64,000 bases of DNA from an uncultured Armatimonadia bacterium (lineage in GTDB: Bacteria; Armatimonadota; Zipacnadia; CAVVLO01), in the NCBI GenBank assembly GCA_963749155.1, contig CAVVLO010000002.1, positions 288,001-352,000 of the forward strand, read 5' to 3'. The notes beneath the pieces are model-generated. The model was not told where the DNA came from, searched no databases, and worked only from the letters and a program-made list of their open reading frames with translations. How positions within the stretch are numbered: position 1 is the stretch's first letter; each line of letters begins with the position of its first letter. Position numbers and translations under genes: made by a program. This document shows, piece by piece, positions 1 through 8,465 of the stretch.

Positions 1-951
1 TGCGGTACGGGCCAGGGCAGCGGGTAGTGAAACACCCCAGGGCAGCCAACTTCATCTGGAAGTGCGGCAACGGGAAATATGTGTACTGGTTCCACAACCA
101 TGGGGGCGCAGGCGCCTTCGAGGGGCAACCGGACTATCGCGCCGTATGAGGGGCGCAATCCGGCCTGGGCCTGTGGCGGGGTGGAGCGAGACGGGACAAT
201 CCAGTGGTCCGAGCCCGAGGTGCTGATTTATGACCTGGATATCGGGGTGCGGATGAGCTATCCCTGCTGCTTTGGGGCGGCGGGAAAACAATTCATCACC
301 GAGACGCAGAAGACCATCGCGCGGGTGCACGAGATCGACCCCGGCCTGCTGGAGGGCATGTGGGAAAGCGCAGCCGGGCGGGGGAAGGCGCCGGCATCTA
401 GCGCAGAGGCGCCAGCGGGAGGGGCAAGGCTGGATATCCCAGAACTGGCCAATCTGACTGGCGGGGGCGGTTTCAGCCTTGAGCTGTGGCTGGATCCCGA
501 AAAACTGGCGCCCTGGCAAAGGCTTGTGGACTGCCGTGATGAGGCAGGGCAAGGATTGTTTGTACAGCTCACCGACAGGGGCAGCCTGAGGTTGCAGCTG
601 CTGGGAAGAGTAAGCGCCCCACCAGGCGGGATCAGGTCGGGTGGCCTCGCCGAAGTGGCCTGGGAATCCGACCCCGGCCTGTTAACTTTGGGCCAGGTGC
701 ATCAAGTCGTGTTCACAGTTGATGGCGGGCCGAAGCTTATAGCAGTGTGCGTCGATGGCAAGTTGAACGATGGTGGGGCGAGTCGCCAGTTTGGCTGGGG
801 ACGATTTTTGCCGCAGCTTGCCGATATAGCAGGCAGGCCAGCAGCCTGGCTGCATGAAACGCTGCTTGGAGTGGCTTTATATACTTGGCCCTTACGTTCC
901 TTTGAAGTGGTGGCAGCCTATCGCGCAAACTTTTTGAAGAAACAAAGGTAG
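1..951 (+). CDS. BNR/exo-alpha-sialidase-like protein with C-terminal LamG-like domain (5' end outside window; frameshift at ~110-145)
   Basis: Frame 3 reads KHPRAANFIWKCGNGKYVYWFHNHGG and continues in frame 1 as YEGRNPAWACGG...WSEPEVLIY...RMSYP. The C-terminus has LamG-type FSLELWL...HQVVFTVDGG...VCVDGKLNDGG. Confidence 0.6.
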
Positions 952-977
952 ACAAGCAGCGGATTGTCCTTTATAGT
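949..977 (+). promoter_or_regulatory. sigma70-type promoter for the ABC/paaK operon
   Basis: TAGACA(949-954)-17 nt-TATAGT(972-977). Confidence 0.55.
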
Positions 978-979
978 GC

Positions 980-1160
980 TGTAATCACGGTGAAGGGGGG
1001 AGCACTAGCCCGAGGCAACGGGGAGCCAAAGGCAGAAGTCTTCACCGGGAATCAAAATGAAGGAGCCGGAGCCTGCCGCGGGAAGCAGCTCCAGCCTTCC
1101 TGTATTCCTCTTGGCGGGCTTTGGGCTCGGATTACACGAGCTCGAGTGGGAGGAACAAGA
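980..1160 (+). promoter_or_regulatory. long structured 5' leader (candidate cis-regulatory RNA)
   Basis: ~180 nt between the promoter and the RBS/ATG 1161, with several complementary segments: TGTAATC/GATTACA, CGGTGAAG/CTTCACCG, GGAAT..GAAGG..GGAGC/GCTCC..CCTTC..ATTCC. Confidence 0.4.
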
Positions 1161-2378
1161 ATGCAGAGTATACGTCCGAAAGCGCTGCTGCTTGCAGTGC
1201 TAGTTGTGGTATGCGCCTCAGTTTTGATCCTGGCCGGCTGCGGTCGGCAGGCAGAAGAACCAATCCAGACTCCAATCCCTGACAAGGTAACAGCCCCTGT
1301 GCTTTCTGGCGAGCCAGTAAAAGTTGGGGCAATCTTTTCGGTGACCGGTCCCGGCGCGCCTTTGGGCGAGCCTGAACAGGCTTCTGCAAAGATGCTGGTA
1401 GAGCAGATCAACGCCGAGGGTGGCATTAACGGCCGTCCCCTGGAAATCATCATCGAGGACGACGCGACCGAGGAGTCCAAGGCCGCAAGCGCTGCCAAGA
1501 AACTCCTCGAGCAGGACAAGGTCTGCGCCATCATCGGCCCCACGATGAGCGGCACCAGCCTGGCCATCATCGATACGATGGAGAAAGCCGGCATACCTTT
1601 GTTCTCCTGCGCCGCATCCGCGAAGATCACCAACCCCGTTAAGAAGTGGGTCTTCTCAAGCGCGCAGACCGATGTGCTGGCTGTCAAGCGGATTGTGAAA
1701 TACCTTGAGGCCAATAGCATCAAGAACGTCGCCATAATCTACGACAGCAACGCTTTCGGAACCAGCGGCGCCGAGCAGCTCAAGGCTCAGCTCCCCGCAG
1801 CAGGCGTGAAGATCGTAGATGAGGAAAAGTTTGGGACCAAGGACACTGACATGACTGCCCAGCTAACCAAAATCAAGGCCAAGAAGCCTGAGGCTGTCAT
1901 CTGCTGGGGCACCAATCCTGGTCCTGCTGTCGTGGCCAAGAACATGAAGAGCCTGGGTATCGAAGCTCAGCTCATCCAGAGCCATGGCGTAGCCAACAGC
2001 AAGTTCATCGAACTGGCTGGGGACGCCGCAGAGGGTGTAGTGCTGCCGGCAGGCAAGCTGCTTGTTGCTGGCGAGTTGCCCGAGAGCGACCCGCAGAAGG
2101 CCGTGCTGATGAAGTTCTCTGCAGATTATGAAGCGGCAACTGGCAAGCCTGCCGACACTTTTGGTGGGCATGCCTATGACTCGCTTGCGATGCTGGTTGT
2201 TGCCTTGAAGTCAGCCGGCGAGGAGCCTGCTGCTCTGCGCGATGCGATTGAGGCAATCCAGGGGCATGCCGGTATCGGTGGCGTGTTCAACCTGTCGGCG
2301 ACCGACCACAATGGGCTTACCGAAGAGGCCTTCACTTTCGTGAAGATCACCGGTGGCAAGTGGACGATGGCTGAATAG
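1161..2378 (+). CDS. branched-chain amino acid/aromatic acid ABC transporter substrate-binding lipoprotein (LivJ/K family)
   Basis: GGGAGG RBS before ATG 1161; lipobox LAGC; VKVGAIFSVTG, INAEGGINGRPLE and IIGPTMSG motifs. Confidence 0.9.
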   Translation: MQSIRPKALLLAVLVVVCASVLILAGCGRQAEEPIQTPIPDKVTAPVLSGEPVKVGAIFSVTGPGAPLGEPEQASAKMLVEQINAEGGINGRPLEIIIEDDATEESKAASAAKKLLEQDKVCAIIGPTMSGTSLAIIDTMEKAGIPLFSCAASAKITNPVKKWVFSSAQTDVLAVKRIVKYLEANSIKNVAIIYDSNAFGTSGAEQLKAQLPAAGVKIVDEEKFGTKDTDMTAQLTKIKAKKPEAVICWGTNPGPAVVAKNMKSLGIEAQLIQSHGVANSKFIELAGDAAEGVVLPAGKLLVAGELPESDPQKAVLMKFSADYEAATGKPADTFGGHAYDSLAMLVVALKSAGEEPAALRDAIEAIQGHAGIGGVFNLSATDHNGLTEEAFTFVKITGGKWTMAE

Positions 2379-2454
2379 CTAGCAAGGAAACTGGTCAGTG
2401 GCGCTCCCGGATGATTCGGTCCGGGAGTGCCACCGGCTTTGATGGAGCCAAAAT

Positions 2455-3331
2455 TTGCTGCAGTATATTCTTACAGGTATTACAACCGGCAGCGTATATG
2501 CGCTGGTGGCTCTTGGGTTCACCGTAATCTTCAACTCTACAGGCATAATCAACTTCGCCCAGGGAGAGTTTCTGGTCTTCGGCGGCTTGTTGTTCTACAG
2601 CCTGCACGTAGGCGCTGGCCTGCCCCTGGCGCTGGCCTTGCTGCTTGCCGTTGGGCTTACGGCGATCCTCGGACTGTTTATGGAGCGGCTGGCTATACGG
2701 CCCCTGTTGCGAGCCCCTCTTGTCACCCTGATTATCGTGACCATCGGCTGTTCGATGGTGCTGCGAGGCATTGCGCATGTGGCCTGGGGTTCGGACGCCT
2801 TGCCGGTGCCAGCCTTCTCGGGTGAAGAATCTGTCTTTCGTGGCCGGGGCGGCAATCCATCCGCAATACCTCTGGGTGCTGGGGCTTGCAAGCCTGGCTT
2901 TCCTGGCCGTGTGGTTTTTCTTCGAGCATACTCTTGCAGGCAAAGCGATGAGGGCATGCGCAGTCAATCCCGAGGCTGCGAGGCTCCAGGGCATCAGTGT
3001 CGAGCGGATGGTACAAGCCTCCTTTGCGATCAGCGCGGGCCTCTCGGCACTAGCTGGCGCGGTCATTGCGCCTATCACCTTCGCTTCGTATGACGGCGGG
3101 ATGGTCCTCGGGCTCAAGGGCTTCGCAGGAGCGGTACTTGGGGGCCTGGGCAATGGCGCCGGAGCGGTTGTGGGCGGACTGGTGGTTGGGCTGCTTGAGA
3201 ATATCGCCGTTGGCATCGCGCCCGAGGGTTATGCAGGCTACAAGGACGCCTTCGCCTTTCTGATACTGCTGCTGGTGCTGTTCCTCCGGCCTGGCGGGCT
3301 GCTGGGCAAGCGCCGCACGGAGGGGGTGTAG
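2455..3331 (+). CDS. livH: branched-chain amino acid ABC permease LivH (frameshift at ~2820)
   Basis: GSVYALVALGFTVIF...INFAQGE in ORF 2455 continues in ORF 2771-3331 (GKAMRACAVNPEAARLQGI, KGFAGAVLGGLG, LFLRPGGLLG). Confidence 0.88.
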
Positions 3332-3334
3332 GCG

Positions 3335-4327
3335 ATGAGACGACTGGGCGAGTGGAAAGGTTTTCTGCTTTTGGCGATCCTGGTGGCCGCCCTGCCCCTT
3401 GTGACACGAAGCGCGTATTTCCTCAATATGGGCGTCTTTATTGGACTCTACGCGCTCATCGCAACGGGCCTTGGACTGCTGCTTGGTTATGCTGGCCAGG
3501 TGTCCCTGGGTCATGCGGCCTTCTACGGGCTTGGCGCCTACAGTTCCGCCATACTGACTTTGCACTACGGGATAAATCCCTGGCTAGCTCTGGTCGCTGC
3601 CGCTGCAATAACCGGCCTGGTGGCCTGGCTTATCGGTAAGCCCACGTTGAAGCTGCATGGCCATTATCTGGCAATGGCAACACTGGGTTTCGGCATTATT
3701 TGCAACATACTTTTTGGCGAGGGCGGGGCCTTTACCGGAGGTCCTTCAGGCCTTCCGGGTATCCCGCGACTCGCCATCGGCAGCTTTGAGTTCAACACCG
3801 ACCTCAGAATGTACTGCCTGGTGTGGCCTCTGGTCGCGTTGCAACTGGTGCTGATGCGCAACCTGCTCAAGTCACGCCTGGGGAGAGCTCTGAGGGCAAT
3901 CCACGACAGCGAACTGGCTGCCTCGAGTTGCGCAATCGACCCTGGCAAGACCAAACTTATGGTCTTCACGCTGAGCGCGGTGTGGGCCTCTCTTGCCGGC
4001 AGCCTGTATGCGCATACTTTAAGCTTCGTGAATCCCAATCCTTTCGGATTCGTCTTTTCGGTTACTCTGGTGGTAATGGTGGTAGTGGGTGGCTCCAGGA
4101 GCCTGTGGGGTCCCTTGCTTGGGGTCACGGCGTACAGCCTGCTGCATGAGGCGCTTACTTCAGGCACGATGGAGCAACTGCTGGGCGCTATGGGAATACC
4201 TGAAGACCGGTTGCAATCGCTTGTAGTGGTGCTGTTTGGCGTGCTGCTGATCCTGATGCTGCAGTTCAGGCCGAAGGGGCTGGCCAGCTTCACCAGGCAG
4301 AAGAGAGAGGTGCCCGATGCCGGCTGA
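3335..4327 (+). CDS. livM: branched-chain amino acid ABC permease LivM
   Basis: GYAGQVSLGHAAFYGLGAY, YLAMATLGFG, GRALRAIHDSE. Confidence 0.9.
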   Translation: MRRLGEWKGFLLLAILVAALPLVTRSAYFLNMGVFIGLYALIATGLGLLLGYAGQVSLGHAAFYGLGAYSSAILTLHYGINPWLALVAAAAITGLVAWLIGKPTLKLHGHYLAMATLGFGIICNILFGEGGAFTGGPSGLPGIPRLAIGSFEFNTDLRMYCLVWPLVALQLVLMRNLLKSRLGRALRAIHDSELAASSCAIDPGKTKLMVFTLSAVWASLAGSLYAHTLSFVNPNPFGFVFSVTLVVMVVVGGSRSLWGPLLGVTAYSLLHEALTSGTMEQLLGAMGIPEDRLQSLVVVLFGVLLILMLQFRPKGLASFTRQKREVPDAG

Positions 4328-5096
4328 GGGGCCCTTGCTGAGGCTTGAAGAGTTGCGCAAGACCTTCGATGGCGTGGTGGCCGTGGACGGGGTCAGCCTG
4401 AACATCGAGGCAGGCAGTATTTTCGGGCTCATTGGGCCAAACGGGGCGGGCAAGACCACTCTTTTCAACGTCGTGTCAGGGCTTTTCCCGGCGACGTCGG
4501 GGCAAGTGTTTCTGGAAAACACACTGCTGAGCGGGCTGGCGCAATATCAGATAGCCAGACTCGGAGTGGCGAGGACTTTCCAGAACCTGCAGCTTTTCGT
4601 TGGAATGACAGTGCTCGAGAACGTGCTGGCAGGCTGTCACAAGCATGGCCGGCAAGGGTTGCTGGCTTCGATGATGAGCCTGCCTGGGGTGCTTCGAGAA
4701 GAGCAAGCCCTGAGCGAGCGGGCCGCGGAGGCGCTCGAATTCGTAGGGCTTGCCCAGATGGCAGACTTGCAGGCCGCGCAGCTTCCTCCGGGGCAGCAGC
4801 GGCTTGTCGAGATAGCAAGAGCGCTGGCCGGAGAGCCTCGGCTGTTGCTGCTGGATGAACCTGCGGCAGGGCTTACTACGCGCGAGACCCGCGTACTTGG
4901 TGAACTGGTGGCGAAACTTGGAGAGCGCCATATAACTACGGTGCTGATAGAACATGATATGAGCCTGGTAATGAAGGTGTGCGAGACGGTCGCTGTGCTG
5001 GACCAGGGCAAGCTGCTGGCAATCGGGGCGCCGGAGCAGGTCCAGGCAGATAGCGCCGTAGTCGCTGCCTATCTGGGGGAGGAAGAGCCGGTATGA
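4317..5096 (+). CDS. livG: ABC ATP-binding protein LivG
   Basis: Walker A GPNGAGKTT, ARTFQN, LLLLDEPAAG, IEHDM. Confidence 0.92.
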   Translation: MPAEGPLLRLEELRKTFDGVVAVDGVSLNIEAGSIFGLIGPNGAGKTTLFNVVSGLFPATSGQVFLENTLLSGLAQYQIARLGVARTFQNLQLFVGMTVLENVLAGCHKHGRQGLLASMMSLPGVLREEQALSERAAEALEFVGLAQMADLQAAQLPPGQQRLVEIARALAGEPRLLLLDEPAAGLTTRETRVLGELVAKLGERHITTVLIEHDMSLVMKVCETVAVLDQGKLLAIGAPEQVQADSAVVAAYLGEEEPV

Positions 5097-5839
5097 GTGC
5101 TGGTTCGCTTCTTCTCACACTAGGCAGCGTAAACACTTTTTACGACCAGTTGCACGTACTCAAGGGAGTCTCGCTGCATGTGGACGAGGGCGAGTTGGTG
5201 GCCTTGCTTGGAGCAAATGGCGCCGGTAAAACGACCACTCTGAGAACAGTATGCGGTCTGGTGAAGCCTCGCAGCGGCAAGCTGGTCTTCGAGGGGACGG
5301 AACTGGCAGGCAAGAGCCCTGAGGCCTTGGTGCGACTTGGGATTGTGCAGGCGCCAGAGGGAAGGCAGTTGTTCGGGCCACTGACTGTGGAGGAGAACCT
5401 GTTGCTCGGGGCCTATTCCAGGTTAAAGATCGAAGGCAAAAAAGCCGTTAAGGAACACCTGGGGGAGCTATACGAACGCTTTCCTATACTTGCCGAACGG
5501 CGCAAGCAGCGCAGTGGAAGCTTGTCGGGAGGCCAGCAACAGTTGCTCGCTATCGGCAGGGCACTGATGGCCAGGCCCAAACTGTTGCTGCTGGATGAGC
5601 CTTGCCTGGGTCTTGCGCCCTTGATGGCCAGGCAGATAATGCAGGTCGTTGCGGAACTGCGCGATGCGGGAACAACCATCCTGCTGGTCGAGCAAAATGC
5701 GCGAGCGGCCCTGGCGATAGCTGACAGAGGTTATGTGCTGGAGACTGGCAAGCTGGTACTCGAAGGCAGCGCGGAAGAATTGCTTCGCAACCGCGATGTG
5801 CGTCGAGCTTATCTGGGCAAGGACTATGACGAGGTGTAG
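5093..5839 (+). CDS. livF: ABC ATP-binding protein LivF
   Basis: GANGAGKTT, PEGRQLF, LSGGQQQ, LLLLDEP, LVEQN. Confidence 0.92.
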   Translation: MSAGSLLLTLGSVNTFYDQLHVLKGVSLHVDEGELVALLGANGAGKTTTLRTVCGLVKPRSGKLVFEGTELAGKSPEALVRLGIVQAPEGRQLFGPLTVEENLLLGAYSRLKIEGKKAVKEHLGELYERFPILAERRKQRSGSLSGGQQQLLAIGRALMARPKLLLLDEPCLGLAPLMARQIMQVVAELRDAGTTILLVEQNARAALAIADRGYVLETGKLVLEGSAEELLRNRDVRRAYLGKDYDEV

Positions 5840-5843
5840 CAAG

Positions 5844-7139
5844 ATGAGCACTGAGCACATATGGAGTCCTCGCTATGAGACCCTGGGCAGGACAGAGCTT
5901 GCTCAATTGCAACTTGAACGGCTGCAGGCGACGATAAATCGAGCCTCCAGGCATGTGCCTTTCTACAACAGGCGACTCGAGGAGCTTGGCCTCGAGCCGG
6001 AGGATTTTCAGAGCCCGGCTGACCTTGGCCGACTACCCTTCACTACCAAGGAAGACCTGCGGGCAAGTTATCCCTATGACATGGTAGCTGTGCCACTGCG
6101 CGAGGTTGTAAGGTTTCATCTCTCCTCGGGGACTACCGGCGCGCCGACAGTTATCGCTTACACCGCCAACGATCTGGCCCATTGGACTGATCTGGTGGCA
6201 CGGAATCTGGCGGCGGCAGGAGTTGGCCGAGATGACGTGGTGCAGATATTTTTCGGGTATGGATTGTTTTCGGGAGGCTTCGGCCTGCACCAGGGGGCCG
6301 AGGCACTAGGGGCATCGGTCATTCCTGTGTCGAGTCTGGAGCTGCAACAGCAGCTTCAGATAATGCAGGACTTCCGCAGTACGGTGCTGGTGGGGCTGCC
6401 TTCTTACGCGCTAACCCTTGCCCAGGAGCTAGAACGTAGTGGGCTCGATCCAAAGGGATTGTCGCTGCGTGTAGGACTGTTCGGGGCAGAGCCCTGGAGC
6501 GAGAAGACACGCAAGGAGATAGAGGCGCGTTTATACCTGGAAGCTTTCGACATCTATGGGCTGAGCGAGATGGGCGGCCCAGGGGTCTCGGGCGAGTGTC
6601 AGTATCACTCGGGGCTTCATCTGGCAGAAGACCACTTTTTAATAGAACTTCTGGATCCTGTCACAGGAATACCGGTAGCTGAGGGCGAAGAAGGCGAGTT
6701 AGTGTTCACTTCACTGACCCGCGAGGCCTTGCCATTGATCAGATATCGCTCGGGCGATCTGTCACGCATCACCACGGAGCCCTGCAAATGCGGTCGCACA
6801 AGCGCCAGGATGGAACGGGTATCGCGCCGGATCGACGATATGCTGATAGTGCATGGCATCAACGTTTTCCCAGAGGATGTTGCGGCAGTATTGAAAGGAT
6901 TTGCGGAGCTTGGTAGTGACTATCAGCTGGTGGCCGAGCGGCAGGAAGGCCTTGATGTGCTGGAAGTACGTGCCGAACTGGTAGAATTGCCCTCGGATGT
7001 GCGCGCAATGCACCAGCTAGTAGGAGAACGGCTGGAGCAGGCGCTTGGATTTGAGGTGCGGATTGCTCTTGTGGAGCCTGGCAGCCTGGGAGCAGGCAGT
7101 GCAGGCTTCAAACGAGCTGTGGACAAACGAGATAACTAG
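5844..7139 (+). CDS. paaK: phenylacetate-CoA ligase family protein
   Basis: LPFTTKEDLR, HLSSGTTG, FGAEPWSE, IYGLSEMGGPG, LIRYRSGD; ATG at 5844 directly after livF. Confidence 0.88.
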   Translation: MSTEHIWSPRYETLGRTELAQLQLERLQATINRASRHVPFYNRRLEELGLEPEDFQSPADLGRLPFTTKEDLRASYPYDMVAVPLREVVRFHLSSGTTGAPTVIAYTANDLAHWTDLVARNLAAAGVGRDDVVQIFFGYGLFSGGFGLHQGAEALGASVIPVSSLELQQQLQIMQDFRSTVLVGLPSYALTLAQELERSGLDPKGLSLRVGLFGAEPWSEKTRKEIEARLYLEAFDIYGLSEMGGPGVSGECQYHSGLHLAEDHFLIELLDPVTGIPVAEGEEGELVFTSLTREALPLIRYRSGDLSRITTEPCKCGRTSARMERVSRRIDDMLIVHGINVFPEDVAAVLKGFAELGSDYQLVAERQEGLDVLEVRAELVELPSDVRAMHQLVGERLEQALGFEVRIALVEPGSLGAGSAGFKRAVDKRDN

Positions 7140-7208
7140 GTCAGGTGGTTCTGTGTCCGCGTAACCCTAAGGCAAGCGGGCGCAAATAATAGCAAGGGGG
7201 GAACCCAA

Positions 7209-8348
7209 GTGAAGTATGTATTAGTAGTAGCGCTGCTGGTTGCGATCGCAGTGCCAACCCTGGCGGCCGATACAGTCGAGTCGCTAAAAACGCAGGTCGA
7301 TCAACTCACCGCGACGCTGAATGCTGTCTCGGCACAACTGGCTGAAGTAACTGCGCGTCTGGCCGAGGTAGAGGCCTGCGTACCGCCGCCAGTCGTAACC
7401 GGCGAGGGCTCTGTGAAGGCCGCGCCCAAGTGCTGGTACGACAGTCTAACCATCAATGGTTATTGGCAGGGCAGGTATGAGGCGAGAGAGGACAGCTCAG
7501 ATGACTGGATTATGAGGCAGGCCTATCTTAACTTCATCGCCAAACCCAACGACCGGACCCTGGGTGTCTTCACGCTGACACGTGTTGGTCCAGGTGAGCC
7601 CCAGATCGACCTGTGCAACGCTTTCGTTCAGTACAAGCTGGATGATATGTGGACAATCAGCGCGGGGCAGCTACTTACCGACTTCGGTTACGAAGTAAAT
7701 CAGGGCAGCAGCGCGCGGCTCCCGCTCGAGCGCTGGGTTGCTGCAGAAGGCATCCCGACTCGGCCTGATCGCGGCGGATTGCCTGGCATGTATTTCAAGG
7801 GCCCATGGGACCGCGGTTTTGGGATTTCTCGCGCCCAGGACGGAGATGCGCCAGCGATTAGTCTGGCCATCATCAACGGTAACTTCCGCGATGCTGACAA
7901 CAATACCGCCAAGACGGTAGAAGCCAGCATGAAGTGGAAGAAGTCCTGGGGTCAGTTTGGCGCCAGTTATGTCAACGGCAAGCTGAACGATCCTGCAACA
8001 GGCCTCATCGAGCAGGACCGCGAAGCGATCTGCTTGTTCGTCCATACCGATCCGACCCCTTGGGGTTTCCAGGCCGAGTGGCTGGAAGGCCGGCTCTTCG
8101 ATCAGGATATCGAGGGCTGGTATGGGATGGTATCGAACAAGACTGGTCCGAAGACGACTTCTTTCGTACGCTATGAAGAGTACGATCCGAACAAGGGCAG
8201 TGCAGGCAATACCTTCAATGCCTGGCATATCGGTCTGGCGTATCAGTTGGACGCCAACAACGAGCTTACCGTGCAGTACACTGACGCTGGTGGCAACACC
8301 TGCTGGGACTATGACATGTTCGGCCTGCAGTGGCAGAACGGCTTCTAG
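7209..8348 (+). CDS. outer-membrane porin-like beta-barrel (phosphate-selective porin O/P-like)
   Basis: Signal peptide, short coiled coil, amphipathic beta strands (INGYWQGRY, SAGQ..DFGYE, WDRG), terminal Phe (GLQWQNGF). Confidence 0.65.
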   Translation: MKYVLVVALLVAIAVPTLAADTVESLKTQVDQLTATLNAVSAQLAEVTARLAEVEACVPPPVVTGEGSVKAAPKCWYDSLTINGYWQGRYEAREDSSDDWIMRQAYLNFIAKPNDRTLGVFTLTRVGPGEPQIDLCNAFVQYKLDDMWTISAGQLLTDFGYEVNQGSSARLPLERWVAAEGIPTRPDRGGLPGMYFKGPWDRGFGISRAQDGDAPAISLAIINGNFRDADNNTAKTVEASMKWKKSWGQFGASYVNGKLNDPATGLIEQDREAICLFVHTDPTPWGFQAEWLEGRLFDQDIEGWYGMVSNKTGPKTTSFVRYEEYDPNKGSAGNTFNAWHIGLAYQLDANNELTVQYTDAGGNTCWDYDMFGLQWQNGF

Positions 8349-8373
8349 CCCGACTGTAAGCAAGTCAATGTGG

Positions 8374-8404
8374 AAGGGCCGCCTTCGGGCGGCCCTTTTA
8401 TTTT
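8374..8404 (+). terminator. intrinsic terminator
   Basis: AAGGGCCGCC-TTCG-GGCGGCCCTT followed by TTATTTT. Confidence 0.85.
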
Positions 8405-8465
8405 GGGCAGGGATTAGCCATCAGGTGGCGCAACTAGGGCCAGTTAACCTCTGGAGGCGAGGAAG

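Noticed and set aside
980..1160. Calling the leader a T-box or SAM-I riboswitch
   Set aside because: The T-box UGGNACC antiterminator and the SAM-I AUC-xAGAG core are not present; kept only as an unassigned structured leader.
990..1160. N-terminal extension of the SBP ORF from GTG 990
   Set aside because: The RBS and lipoprotein signal peptide point to ATG 1161.
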